Counted from the first letter of the stretch, positions 45,242-54,468 are shown. The stretch: DNA of 64,000 bases from an uncultured Clostridia bacterium (GCA_944383335.1 CALWPD010000003.1:3498-67497); one strand, 5' to 3'. Numbers and translations: made by a program. The notes: generated by a model not told the origin, from the letters alone.

Positions 45242-46522
45242 ATGTACACAATTAAAAAATTAGAAAATAACAAATATCAAATTACAATCTCTGCGGATAA
45301 ACAAACTTGGGAAAAGTATGTTGATCACGCATATGAAGAAAACAAAGAAAAATTCAATATTGAAGGTTTTCGTAAGGGCAAAGCGCCAAGAGCGATTATA
45401 GAGAAAAATTATGGTGCGTCAGTGTTTTATGATGATGCTCTTGACCATCTCTTTGCACATGAATATACAGAAGCACTTGCAAGTGATAAGGATATTGAAC
45501 CAGTGTCTAACCCTGAAATTAAAATTGATAAATTTGATGATGATGGCATTGTTCTAATCGCAGAAGTGCAATCTATGCCAGAAGTTAAACTCGGTCAGTA
45601 TAAAGGCTTAACTCTAAAAAAAGCGACAGGCACTGTAAGTGATGAAGATGTGGAAAAAGAATTAAATCAATCTCGTGAGCGTCAAGCAAGATATGTTGAA
45701 GTTGAGCGTGAAAGTCGCGATGGAGATTATGTAGTTATTGATTTCACAGGTTACACCGACCAAAAAGCATTTGAAGGAGGCTCAGCACAAGATTATAGGC
45801 TAAAACTCGGTTCACACACATTTATCGAAGGATTTGAAGAGCAGCTTGTAGGACTTAAAAAGGGTGATAAAAAGGATGTTAAAGTAACTTTCCCTGTGGA
45901 TTATTTCAGTGAGGAACTTAAGGGTAAAGATGCAATTTTTGATGTAACTGTCAAAAAAGTTGAAGAAAAAACTCTTCCACCACTTGATGATGAATTTGCT
46001 TCAAATGTTTCTGAGTTTGAAACTCTTGCCGACTATAGATCTGACATAAAAAAACACCTTGAAGAAAATTTGCAAGCCAAATTAAAGCGTGAAGATGAAA
46101 ATAACTTAATTGAAACAATAGTTAAATCCAGTGAAGTCAATATTCCAGATGTGCTTATTGAGCGTCAACTTGACAGTTTTATAGAAGATTTTTCAATGCG
46201 TTTGAGCTATCAGGGCTTTAAACTTGAAGATTACTTGAAACAAGCAAATGTTACAGAAGAAGATCTTCGTAAAGAGCGCCGTGAACAGGCTAAAGAAGTT
46301 GTAAAGACTAGACTTGTTCTTGAAACTATTGTAAAACAAGAAAATCTTGATGTTACAGAAAAAGAACTTGATGAAAAACTCGCTGAAACAGCACAAAAGT
46401 ATGGTAAGAGTTTGGAAGAATACAAGAAAAATCTTGGAGATAGAAACATTGCATATATTCAAAATGACATCTTAATGCAAAAGCTTTTATCACTTCTCAC
46501 AAATTCAAACACATTAAACTAA
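45242..46522 (+). CDS. tig: Trigger factor
   Basis: GFRKGKAPR signature, a central FKBP-type PPIase segment, and RBS AAGGAG before the ATG at 45242. TTGAGA-17-TATAAT promoter upstream. Confidence 0.95.
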   Translation: MYTIKKLENNKYQITISADKQTWEKYVDHAYEENKEKFNIEGFRKGKAPRAIIEKNYGASVFYDDALDHLFAHEYTEALASDKDIEPVSNPEIKIDKFDDDGIVLIAEVQSMPEVKLGQYKGLTLKKATGTVSDEDVEKELNQSRERQARYVEVERESRDGDYVVIDFTGYTDQKAFEGGSAQDYRLKLGSHTFIEGFEEQLVGLKKGDKKDVKVTFPVDYFSEELKGKDAIFDVTVKKVEEKTLPPLDDEFASNVSEFETLADYRSDIKKHLEENLQAKLKREDENNLIETIVKSSEVNIPDVLIERQLDSFIEDFSMRLSYQGFKLEDYLKQANVTEEDLRKERREQAKEVVKTRLVLETIVKQENLDVTEKELDEKLAETAQKYGKSLEEYKKNLGDRNIAYIQNDILMQKLLSLLTNSNTLN

Positions 46523-46543
46523 ATAGTATAAAGGAGAAACAAA

Positions 46544-47128
46544 ATGCTAATACCAATGGTGGTAGACCAAACAACGAGAGGAGAAAGGTCTTATGATATT
46601 TATTCAAGATTGCTCGAGGATAGAATAATATTTGTAACAGGCGAAATAACAGATGATACTGCGAATGTTGTTGTTGCTCAACTTATCTATCTTGAAGGTA
46701 AGGACCCTAAAAAAGATATCTCAATGTATATAAATAGTCCAGGTGGTTCTATTTCTGCGGGCATGGCAATACTTGATACAATGAGATATATCAGTTGCGA
46801 TATTTCAACAATTTGTATAGGGTGTTGTGCATCAATGGCTGCAGTGTTGCTTGCCTGTGGAACAAAGGGAAAGCGATTTTCGCTCCCAAATGGTGAAATT
46901 ATGATTCATCAACCATTAACCACTGGTATGCAAGGACAGGCAACAGATATAGAAATTGCATCCAAGCATTTACAAAAATTAAAACTTAAAATGCAAGAGA
47001 TATTAAGTGAAGCCACTTCACAAAGCGTTGAAAAAATTGCAAAAGATTGTGAAAGAGATAACTACATGTCATCTTTCGAAGCGAAAGATTATGGGCTAAT
47101 TGACCAAGTGATAGAAAAACGACAATAA
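46544..47128 (+). CDS. clpP: ATP-dependent Clp protease proteolytic subunit
   Basis: YINSPGGS, catalytic CASMAA (Ser) and MIHQP (His). Confidence 0.96.
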   Translation: MLIPMVVDQTTRGERSYDIYSRLLEDRIIFVTGEITDDTANVVVAQLIYLEGKDPKKDISMYINSPGGSISAGMAILDTMRYISCDISTICIGCCASMAAVLLACGTKGKRFSLPNGEIMIHQPLTTGMQGQATDIEIASKHLQKLKLKMQEILSEATSQSVEKIAKDCERDNYMSSFEAKDYGLIDQVIEKRQ

Positions 47129-47177
47129 AATATGATATAAAGTTTCTTTTTAACTCTATAAAAATAGGAGGGATATT

Positions 47178-48449
47178 ATGAAAGACAATGAAGATATGGT
47201 GTGTTCATTTTGTGGAAAATCTCAACGCGTAGCAAAAAAACTTATAGCCAATCCAACGGGCGATTGTTATATTTGTGATGAATGCGTTGAAATTTGTCGC
47301 GAAATAATAAAAGATTCAGTGAAATCAAGCGATTTTGAACCTATTGAACTTCCAACTCCACAAGAGATAAAAGACCAACTCGACCAATATATTGTGGGGC
47401 AAGATGAAGCAAAAAAAGTGCTTTCAGTTGCAGTCTACAACCATTACAAACGGATAAATTATTTGTCCGACCAAAACAATGCTAAAAAAGATGATTTTAT
47501 AGAACTTGACAAATCAAATATATTAATGGTTGGACCAACTGGTTGTGGAAAAACTTTACTTGCCAAAACGCTGGCAAAGATTTTAAAAGTTCCTTTTGCA
47601 ACGGCGGATGCAACCACACTTACACAGGCAGGTTATGTCGGTGAAGATGTTGAAAATATATTATTAAAACTCATCCAAAATGCCGACTATGACATTAAAA
47701 AAGCCGAACGTGGAATTGTGTATGTTGATGAAATCGATAAAATCGCCAAAAAAGGCGAGAATGTTTCAATAACACGTGATGTTTCTGGCGAAGGTGTTCA
47801 GCAGGCACTTTTAAAAATATTAGAAAGTACTGTTGCTTCTGTTCCGCCACAGGGAGGAAGAAAGCATCCACAACAAGAGAACATTCAAATTGATACAACA
47901 AATATACTTTTCATTTGTGGTGGAGCATTTGTTGGTCTTGACAAAGTTGTGGAATCTAGATTGAATCAGTCATCACTTGGCTTTAATGCTAAGGTTACGA
48001 AATTTTCAGAAGATTCCACAAAACTTATCCATGAGCTTCAACCACAGGACCTTATCCAGTATGGGTTGATTCCTGAGTTTGTTGGCAGGCTTCCAGTTGT
48101 GGTTGGTCTAAATGATCTTAATGAGCAAGCACTTGTTGACATTATGACAAAGCCAAAAAATGCAATCATCAAACAGTACAAAAAGTTGTTTGATATTGAA
48201 CATATTGATCTTGAGATTAAACCGGCAGCAATTCGAGCAGTATCCAAAAAAGCACTTGAATTAAAAACCGGGGCAAGAGGTCTAAGAACCATAATGGAAG
48301 GTAAAATGCTTGAACTTATGTATAGTGCGCCAAATGACAAAAAAATCTCAAAAATTATCATTGATGAAGATGTCATAAACAACAATGCGAAACCAATCAT
48401 TGTTCATGAAGAAGAACAACCTGAGAAAAAAGTTGTTGGGCAGGAATAA
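47178..48449 (+). CDS. clpX: ATP-dependent Clp protease ATP-binding subunit ClpX
   Basis: N-terminal zinc finger CSFCGK...CYICDEC, Walker A GPTGCGKT, and IVYVDEIDK. Confidence 0.96.
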   Translation: MKDNEDMVCSFCGKSQRVAKKLIANPTGDCYICDECVEICREIIKDSVKSSDFEPIELPTPQEIKDQLDQYIVGQDEAKKVLSVAVYNHYKRINYLSDQNNAKKDDFIELDKSNILMVGPTGCGKTLLAKTLAKILKVPFATADATTLTQAGYVGEDVENILLKLIQNADYDIKKAERGIVYVDEIDKIAKKGENVSITRDVSGEGVQQALLKILESTVASVPPQGGRKHPQQENIQIDTTNILFICGGAFVGLDKVVESRLNQSSLGFNAKVTKFSEDSTKLIHELQPQDLIQYGLIPEFVGRLPVVVGLNDLNEQALVDIMTKPKNAIIKQYKKLFDIEHIDLEIKPAAIRAVSKKALELKTGARGLRTIMEGKMLELMYSAPNDKKISKIIIDEDVINNNAKPIIVHEEEQPEKKVVGQE

Positions 48450-48468
48450 CTGAATAATTTAATATCAA

Positions 48469-48504
48469 AACTCACTTTGAAGCACTTATCAAAGTGAGTT
48501 TTTA
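48469..48504 (+). terminator. Rho-independent terminator after clpX
   Basis: 12-bp stem AACTCACTTTGA/TCAAAGTGAGTT, an 8-nt loop, and a short T-run. Confidence 0.8.
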
Positions 48505-48506
48505 TG

Positions 48507-48598
48507 TCAGGCGGACTCACTCCAAGGTGCTGTGCAAGTTCTACTTGCCCAACACCTTTTTCTTGTCTAAGAAGTTTTAAATTGTTTTTAAACTTATT
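48507..48598 (-). pseudogene. Remnant of an XRE-family HTH gene
   Basis: The minus strand reads NKFKNNLKLLRQEKGVGQVELAQHLGVSPPD, a typical Cro/C1 HTH N-terminus. There is an in-frame stop just upstream, no ATG, and the frame runs into the clpX terminator. Confidence 0.5.
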
Positions 48599-48849
48599 TT
48601 ATAGAACACATTATCCAACTACAGGTGGCATCTATCACCCTTAATATGTGTTAAATATGAACCACTTAGCAATATTGCGAAAGTGTAGTTTTCTACTTAT
48701 TGTTTACGCCTTATTGGTTACGCAGTCCTGTAGGTGAAAGTGATGAGAACTTTACAATATTTGAAGATGGAGAGTTACAGGTTGATGATGTATATACCTG
48801 ACCAATTTGCCGCTCGTGCTGCTTTTCTTTTAGAATTATAAAAATTTTA

Positions 48850-48879
48850 AAAAAATTGCTCATTTTTGGGCAATTTTTT
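48850..48879. terminator. Bidirectional terminator downstream of the DUF1858 gene
   Basis: Stem AATTGCTC/GGGCAATT (one G-U pair) flanked by an A-run and a T-run. Confidence 0.65.
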
Positions 48880-48887
48880 ATGTTGTT

Positions 48888-49085
48888 TTATTTATTTTCT
48901 TCATTTAGTTTTTTTAAAACAAAGTCCAAGTCAAGGCCGTGTGCCATGCAGGCCTCTTCAAGTGTTTCCATTTGACTAAGTGGACATGTGAAACAGTGCA
49001 TACCAAAGCCTGCCAAAACATCTAGCAAATCATCATTGTAGTTTGCAATGTCAAGTATTGTCCAATCTTTTGTTATTTCTTCCAT
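48888..49085 (-). CDS. DUF1858 (hybrid-cluster-protein-associated redox disulfide) small protein
   Basis: GMHCFTCPLSQMETLEEACMAHGLD pattern, 65 aa, RBS AAAGGAG. Confidence 0.72.
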   Translation of the reverse strand: MEEITKDWTILDIANYNDDLLDVLAGFGMHCFTCPLSQMETLEEACMAHGLDLDFVLKKLNEENK

Positions 49086-49147
49086 ATTTTTTCTCCTTTT
49101 TTAATGATTATTTGTTTATATAAATTTTGTGTCTTTATTCATAAAAT

Positions 49148-49311
49148 GACATTCTTTATGTCATCCCAAGCCATGCCTTAATGCGTCGGCTTTTTATGTC
49201 ATTCTGAGACGGCCGTCAACACATCGACCTTTTTCGTCATTCTGAGCGAAGCGAAGAATCTCAACTTTATACTGTCATTCCGAGTAGTGCGGCATGTCAG
49301 AGCAACCGGTT
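49148..49311 (+). repeat. Phased array of four 38-nt units, each opening with GTCAT(T/C)C(T/C)(G/A)AG
   Basis: Unit starts at 49160, 49198, 49236 and 49274, exactly 38 nt apart, with a partial GACATTC at 49148. Unit 3 is the canonical hairpin GTCATTCTGAGCGAAGCGAAGAATCTC. Units 1 and 2 end in T5. Confidence 0.8.
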
Positions 49312-49323
49312 GGGTGGTGGGCA

Positions 49324-49917
49324 TTAACTTATTGTTTCATCAAGAAATGTTGCCATATTATCAGCAATATGAGTCAAAAACGCATTTGGATATTTGTAAT
49401 AAATATCATTCAAACTAATTCCGCCTTTAACTCGCATGTCATACTCTCCCATATGCCAGTTGATACACATCGCTTCTTCTCTGGTTAGTCGAATAAAACC
49501 ATTTAAGATATACACAGATTTTTCACCATGACCATAGGGTAATTTGTCCTGTGTTGTATAATATGGTACTTGCACCCAAACCCCATTTTGTTTAACATTT
49601 TTGGTGTCCACAACATATGTATCAACTTTACAAATATCATGAAACAATGCCACAATAGTTGCACTTTCAAGCGAAAAATATTGTTGCCATTGTTCGCCAT
49701 ATTGCATTTTTAAAAGTTTAACAAGTCTTTCAAAAACATTAAGGGAATGTTTACAAAGCCCACCAGCGCAATTTGAGTGATATCTTGTTGATGCTGGTGC
49801 TACAAAAAAGTCAGTTTTTTGTAAATATTCAATAAGTGTATTAATACCTTCACGTTTTATGTTGTCTTTAACCAAACTTAAAAAAATATTTTTGTTGTCT
49901 TCAATAACATTATCCAT
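49324..49917 (-). CDS. HD-domain hydrolase (YhaM-like HD domain, no OB fold)
   Basis: STRYHSNCAGGLCKHSLNV and ALFHDICK (H...HD). Start taken at MDNVIEDNK (49917) with RBS GGAGAA. The upstream extension in the track is repeat-rich and probably non-coding. Confidence 0.72.
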   Translation of the reverse strand: MDNVIEDNKNIFLSLVKDNIKREGINTLIEYLQKTDFFVAPASTRYHSNCAGGLCKHSLNVFERLVKLLKMQYGEQWQQYFSLESATIVALFHDICKVDTYVVDTKNVKQNGVWVQVPYYTTQDKLPYGHGEKSVYILNGFIRLTREEAMCINWHMGEYDMRVKGGISLNDIYYKYPNAFLTHIADNMATFLDETIS

Positions 49918-49934
49918 TAATTTTCTCCGAACAC

Positions 49935-49963
49935 ATTTTAGCATAAAAACAATCAATAAACAA
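49935..49963 (-). promoter_or_regulatory. Candidate promoter of the HD-hydrolase gene
   Basis: Minus strand TTGTTT-17 nt-TAAAAT with a TG extension, about 17 nt before the ATG. Confidence 0.45.
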
Positions 49964-50143
49964 CATTTTGGCATATAAATAATACATATGGAAAATAATA
50001 ATGTGGAAAATATAATATCGCTTGCAACAATTTTTTCCACATCACTTTCGAAAAACAGTACAAAAGAACAACTGTTAGAATATAAAATATTTTTTCAAAC
50101 TGTAACAAATAATTTAAATTCAATACTCTCAAGCAAAAAGTAA

Positions 50144-50300
50144 GAGATTTTTCACTGACGCCACTTTTCGTCTTCTTGAGCGTTTCAGTCTGTCATTTTG
50201 AGTTTGAATTTCGTCATTTTGAGTGTGTATTCCGTCATTCTGGGCGTTTTAGCCTGTCATTCTGAGCCCGCTCCAACGCGTCGACCCACGAAGAATCTCA
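50144..50300 (+). repeat. Tandem 21-22-nt array of the GTCATTYTGAG family (five units) plus one inverted partial copy
   Basis: Unit starts at 50170, 50192, 50213, 50234 and 50256 (spacing 22, 21, 21, 22). An inverted partial copy GAGATTTTTCACTGAC lies at 50144-50159. The last unit is a long form, GTCATTCTGAG-22 nt-CGAAGAATCTC. Confidence 0.8.
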
Positions 50301-50301
50301 T

Positions 50302-50431
50302 GGGCACCAAAAAGTACCTACGGAAACTTTTTGGCGAGAGGAGAAACGGAGCGTAAAGTAAAAATTTGCGAATAGCAAATTGAAGCCCTAAGCGACAGTT
50401 TTGACGAGAGACGGAGCCGCAGAGCTCACGA
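50302..50431 (+). repeat. About 130-nt structured repeat element, copy 2
   Basis: Aligns with the reverse complement of 1100-1227. Hairpins CCAAAAAGT/ACTTTTTGG and AATTTGC/GCAAATT. Followed by another CGAAGAATCT half-site (50429-50438). Confidence 0.6.
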
Positions 50432-50437
50432 AGAATC

Positions 50438-51355
50438 TTATTTTTTTAATCGCAAATCGCTATTCTCAACATTGATAACAAGTGAAGATGCTTGGCTTAA
50501 AAGTCTTGAAAACACTCTGTCGCCATAAAAGTCTTGAATTTGCTGTAAGGATAGGTTAGTAGATATGACCGTTTTTTTATTGTTTCTCATTCTCTCAGAA
50601 AGCACATTATATATCCCTTCAATCGTAACATTTTTTAATATAGGTTCTGTTCCAAGGTCATCAATAAAAAGGTAATCGGGTTCCATTAACATATGCAAAT
50701 ATTGACCCTTAGTTTCATCAAAAGTTGTGTGATATTTTAATAAATTTTGATTAAGCTCAAAAGCGGAAGTAAAGTATACAAGTACTTCTTTATTAATAAG
50801 GTCATTTGCCATACATTCCATTACATATGTTTTGCCAGCGCCGGTTTTACCAATCAAAAGCACATTATTATAGGGGTTTTTCTTATCACACCAGTTTTTT
50901 AAGATTTCATATAATTTTTGTGTTTTTTTGGGGTCATCAAAGATTTTAAAATCGCAATTTTCGAAACTTTTTTTGTCCTTGCTAAGTCCGCTTTTTTCAA
51001 ATAAAATTAAATTAATTTCGCGTTTTAGACAAGAACATATCTCACCATTAACATAGCCTGTATCATTACATTTTGCACAAGTGTAGTGTGGTGAAATGGC
51101 TTTTTTGTCAATTTCTAATTTTTTCAAAATGTCATCTTGAATTTTAAGAAGATTTGTTAGGTCATATTTTGGCTTTTCCCCATAAACTTCAGATTTAGCA
51201 TTTTGAATTTCTGCTTGTTTAATTTCTTTAAAATTCTTTTTAAATTCTTCATTTGCCATCGCTTTTTCAAAAAAACTGTATGCCAGTGCTTCAGCATTTA
51301 CACGCCTTGCTTTGATTTTGTTTAGCGCTGATTCAATTATTTGTTTGTTTAACAT
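50438..51355 (-). CDS. dnaI: Helicase loader DnaI/DnaC-like AAA+ protein
   Basis: N-terminal Cys cluster CAKCNDTGYVNGEICSC, Walker A GKTGAGKTY and Walker B LFIDDLGTE. Confidence 0.8.
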   Translation of the reverse strand: MLNKQIIESALNKIKARRVNAEALAYSFFEKAMANEEFKKNFKEIKQAEIQNAKSEVYGEKPKYDLTNLLKIQDDILKKLEIDKKAISPHYTCAKCNDTGYVNGEICSCLKREINLILFEKSGLSKDKKSFENCDFKIFDDPKKTQKLYEILKNWCDKKNPYNNVLLIGKTGAGKTYVMECMANDLINKEVLVYFTSAFELNQNLLKYHTTFDETKGQYLHMLMEPDYLFIDDLGTEPILKNVTIEGIYNVLSERMRNNKKTVISTNLSLQQIQDFYGDRVFSRLLSQASSLVINVENSDLRLKK

Positions 51356-51357
51356 AG

Positions 51358-52800
51358 TTATATCTCCACTTCATCAAGATTTGTAAACAGCGAATTTATT
51401 TCTGCTGGTGTGTATTCATGGTTGTCATAGTTTCTTTTAGGTGAAACATCTTTTACTTGTTTTGGAGAATTGTTTTTTGCTTGTTCTATGGTTTTTATAC
51501 CATTCTGATTCCATGAAAGTATAAGTTTGTTTGCAAATGCCATTGCTTTTGGTTTGTTTTTTGCAATTTCACAGGCATAATCAATAAGATCCTGACCAAT
51601 GTTTAGTTTTGTCCAATTAGAATAAATTTCACGATCTATATTGTTCACATTTCTATCATTTCCAAGTTTTTGCAAAATTTGTTTAATTTTTTCTTCGGTG
51701 TCTAAAATCTCTTTAAAGTATTCGTCCAAAGAACTTGTGGTAACAATTCCAAGTTTAAAAAATTTTAAAATTTGCTTGTCCATATATTCAAGCGTACGAA
51801 CTGAGTTTTTAAAACAGTAGTTACTTATGGTTAGTAAAGTGTCATCGTCAAAACCCATATTCTCCCAAACGCTTACATAATTTTCAACAACAGGTTCAAC
51901 ATTTTCGTAATACACGCCTAGATTTTTACATATATTTTTTGCAAGTTCATAAAGCCTTGTTTTTGTGTTTTCATACTGTTCAATATCCAAAATATCAAAA
52001 AGACGCATTGAAAAATATTTTTCAAAAATAGCATCCAAATATCTAAAATTAACTGAATTTTTTGATTTTTTCTGTAATTTTGCCACATAATTTATAACAT
52101 TTGGTAAAAATCCCATATCTAGCCACTTTTTGTAAAGGTCTTTTTCAAAAGTGTCAAGTGCGCGTTTAATTCCCATACTTTTTGCAACGATGGCAATACT
52201 TTCACTATCTTTTTGATAACCAAGCAGTTTTTCTTCCATTGCCTTGGCTGTGGTTATGCCTTCTTGTGCCCAATTTTTTGCAACTGTAATTATGTAAGCA
52301 TATCCCACGTTATCACCTTTAAGGTCAACGCAATATTTGATTATCATAATTAGCGCACTTGGTTCAATTTTTAAACTTTCCATAAGAGCATAATATTCAT
52401 AGTATTCATTAGGAGTTATCATTCTGCCCGTTATAATCTCTTGTGCTTGCAAATTGAATGAGTTATATTTTCCGTCTTTAATTTTTGGATGTTTAATGTT
52501 TACATTTTTAACAGGCAAAAACCTTACTTCATAAGGAATTGTATCCAAGATTTGCACGAGACCTTTGTCCTGCCAATACACGAATGCACTTTCTATGTCT
52601 TCATGCGACATATTTAAGGTTTTTGAAAATTCTTCAATGGAGTTATGTATTGGACTTGCCACACTACAAGCAAAAAGTCCATACAAATAGACCTTTACAC
52701 ATTCCGCTGGGGCAGATGGCATAAATGAAGTGATGAACAAATTGTCCACCGTCGTCTGATTATCAACAATTAATTGTGATGAAAAACTACAGAAACTCAT
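51358..52800 (-). CDS. Replication initiation/membrane attachment protein (Bacillus DnaB-like, DnaD-domain)
   Basis: About 480 aa with repeated DnaD-like segments (YWQDKGLV..., AKNWAQEGITT, ILSWNQNGIKTIEQA). The stop is 2 nt from the dnaI ATG. Start at 52800 with RBS GAGG. Confidence 0.7.
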   Translation of the reverse strand: MSFCSFSSQLIVDNQTTVDNLFITSFMPSAPAECVKVYLYGLFACSVASPIHNSIEEFSKTLNMSHEDIESAFVYWQDKGLVQILDTIPYEVRFLPVKNVNIKHPKIKDGKYNSFNLQAQEIITGRMITPNEYYEYYALMESLKIEPSALIMIIKYCVDLKGDNVGYAYIITVAKNWAQEGITTAKAMEEKLLGYQKDSESIAIVAKSMGIKRALDTFEKDLYKKWLDMGFLPNVINYVAKLQKKSKNSVNFRYLDAIFEKYFSMRLFDILDIEQYENTKTRLYELAKNICKNLGVYYENVEPVVENYVSVWENMGFDDDTLLTISNYCFKNSVRTLEYMDKQILKFFKLGIVTTSSLDEYFKEILDTEEKIKQILQKLGNDRNVNNIDREIYSNWTKLNIGQDLIDYACEIAKNKPKAMAFANKLILSWNQNGIKTIEQAKNNSPKQVKDVSPKRNYDNHEYTPAEINSLFTNLDEVEI

Positions 52801-52933
52801 ATTAACCTCGTGGCTAACTATAACACAAAATTTTGATTTTATCAACAATAGGTTAATCATTTTATTATGAATCTTAAATGTGTCTATTCATAGTTTTGTT
52901 CTTGCGACATAGATATATTTTAGTGAGGGAAAT

Positions 52934-54403
52934 ATGAAGAAGATTGCATTTTTACTTATTTTTGTACTTTGTTGTTTCACGTTTTCGGGCTGTGGTAGTT
53001 TATATAATTATACAAAAGACTTAACATCCTATGATATGGACATACTTTACGACGAAACAAAGCATGCGCTTACAATTCAGCAGACAACAGATTATGTAAA
53101 TACTTCAAACAACATACTTTCGTACATCAAATTTCATTTATATCCAAATGCTTTTCGTGAAGGGGCAAAGGCAAAAGTTGTCAGCGTACAAAATAGCGAC
53201 CTGGCGTATCCAAATGGCGAAAGTTATGGGGATATTAAAATTCAAAGCGTTGAAACCTCTGGAGAAAGTGCAGATTTTGAAGTTGGAGGCGAAGATGAGA
53301 ACATTTTAACTGTCAACCTTAAAAATGAACTCTATCCAAATGATAGGGCAATAATTTATATTGAATACGAAGTAACTCTTGCTAACATAAATCATAGGTT
53401 GGGTTATGGTGAAAACGCCGTAAACTTATGCAATTTTTATCCAGTTGTATGTATGTACGAAAGTGATGATTTTGTATGCGACCTATATAATTCTAATGGT
53501 GATCCATTTTATAGTGCGGTTTCTGACTATGATGTAACAATTACTTATCCAAATTCTTACATTTTGGCAAGCACAGGCAATCAAAAAACTCAAAATTTTG
53601 AACTTGTCAAAAAAACAAATATTCTAGCACAATGCGTGCGTGATTTTGGAATGGTACTTTCAAAAGAATTTCAGCAAAAGTCCGGAGTAATAGATGATGA
53701 TTTGACGGTAAATTATTATTATTACAATGACGAAAATTGCGACCAAACTCTTGAATTTGTTAAGAAAGTTATGACTTTTTTTGAAGAAAAAATTGGCAAA
53801 TATCCATATTCGCAAATAAGTGTTGTCAAAACCAACTTTGTGCATGGAGGAATGGAATATCCAAATATGGTACTTATATCTGACAATATTATAGACGATG
53901 AAACATATGAACTTGTTATTGTCCACGAACTTTTGCACCAATGGTGGTATTGTGTAGTTGGAAACAATCAGTTTGATTATGGTTGGATAGATGAAGGACT
54001 GACTGAGTTTTGTACAGTATATTTTTATGAAAAACATCCGGACTATAACAGAACAATGTCCGAGATGATTTCAAGTGCCACAAAAAGTTACAAAACTTTT
54101 GCAAAAGTCTATGAGTCTGTGCAAGGAAGCGTTGATACCAGCATGAATCGTCCGCTTGATGAATTCGCAACTGAGCCCGAGTATGTTTATAACACATATG
54201 TTAAGGGCACACTTATGTTTTCTACCATTTATGATTTAGTTGGAGAAAAAAGATTTGTTAATGCTTTGAAATATTATTATGAGAATAATTTATATAAAAT
54301 AGCAACACCAAGCACAGTTATTCAATGTTTTTCACGTGGCACCGGAAAAAATCTTGAAGATATTTTCACAAGTTTTCTTGACGGAAAAGTTGTAATAAAA
54401 TAG
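52934..54403 (+). CDS. M1-family zinc metallopeptidase, lipoprotein
   Basis: Signal peptide with lipobox FSGC, and the HELLHQWW...18 residues...EGLTEF motif (HExxH-x18-E). Confidence 0.82.
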   Translation: MKKIAFLLIFVLCCFTFSGCGSLYNYTKDLTSYDMDILYDETKHALTIQQTTDYVNTSNNILSYIKFHLYPNAFREGAKAKVVSVQNSDLAYPNGESYGDIKIQSVETSGESADFEVGGEDENILTVNLKNELYPNDRAIIYIEYEVTLANINHRLGYGENAVNLCNFYPVVCMYESDDFVCDLYNSNGDPFYSAVSDYDVTITYPNSYILASTGNQKTQNFELVKKTNILAQCVRDFGMVLSKEFQQKSGVIDDDLTVNYYYYNDENCDQTLEFVKKVMTFFEEKIGKYPYSQISVVKTNFVHGGMEYPNMVLISDNIIDDETYELVIVHELLHQWWYCVVGNNQFDYGWIDEGLTEFCTVYFYEKHPDYNRTMSEMISSATKSYKTFAKVYESVQGSVDTSMNRPLDEFATEPEYVYNTYVKGTLMFSTIYDLVGEKRFVNALKYYYENNLYKIATPSTVIQCFSRGTGKNLEDIFTSFLDGKVVIK

Positions 54404-54437
54404 AACCTATATTTATAGTTTTTTGTTATTAAAAAAT

Positions 54438-54468
54438 GGACATCAAAGGTCCACTCACGAAAAATCTC
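54438..54468 (+). repeat. Degenerate copy of the hairpin repeat family (long-form right arm CCACTCACGAAAAATCTC)
   Basis: The right half resembles CCCACGAAGAATCTC at 50286-50300. The left half is diverged (GGACATCAAAGG). Confidence 0.35.

Noticed and set aside
49160-49311. Regularly spaced repeats that could suggest a CRISPR array
   Set aside because: The period is only 38 nt, with just about 11 nt conserved per unit. There are only four units, no leader-like region and no cas genes anywhere in the window. The dimensions are incompatible with repeat-spacer architecture.
49918-50040. N-terminal 41-residue extension of the HD-hydrolase ORF
   Set aside because: The extension is hydrophobic junk-like sequence overlapping the promoter and operator-like repeats. 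The internal ATG at 49917 has a proper GGAGAA RBS.
49148-50300. Integron-like cassette (HD gene between attC-like imperfect inverted repeats)
   Set aside because: The repeats lack the RYYYAAC/GTTRRRY core sites, and no intI-like integrase or Pc promoter context is present. The HD gene also has its own promoter.
50438-52800. Prophage replication module (DnaD-like organiser + DnaC-like loader) with origin iterons
   Set aside because: The sizes (about 480 and 305 aa), the N-terminal Cys cluster of the loader and the tight two-gene coupling match the chromosomal Bacillus-type dnaB-dnaI pair. No phage structural, lysis or integrase genes are nearby. This is kept only as a minor alternative for the adjacent repeats and HD gene.
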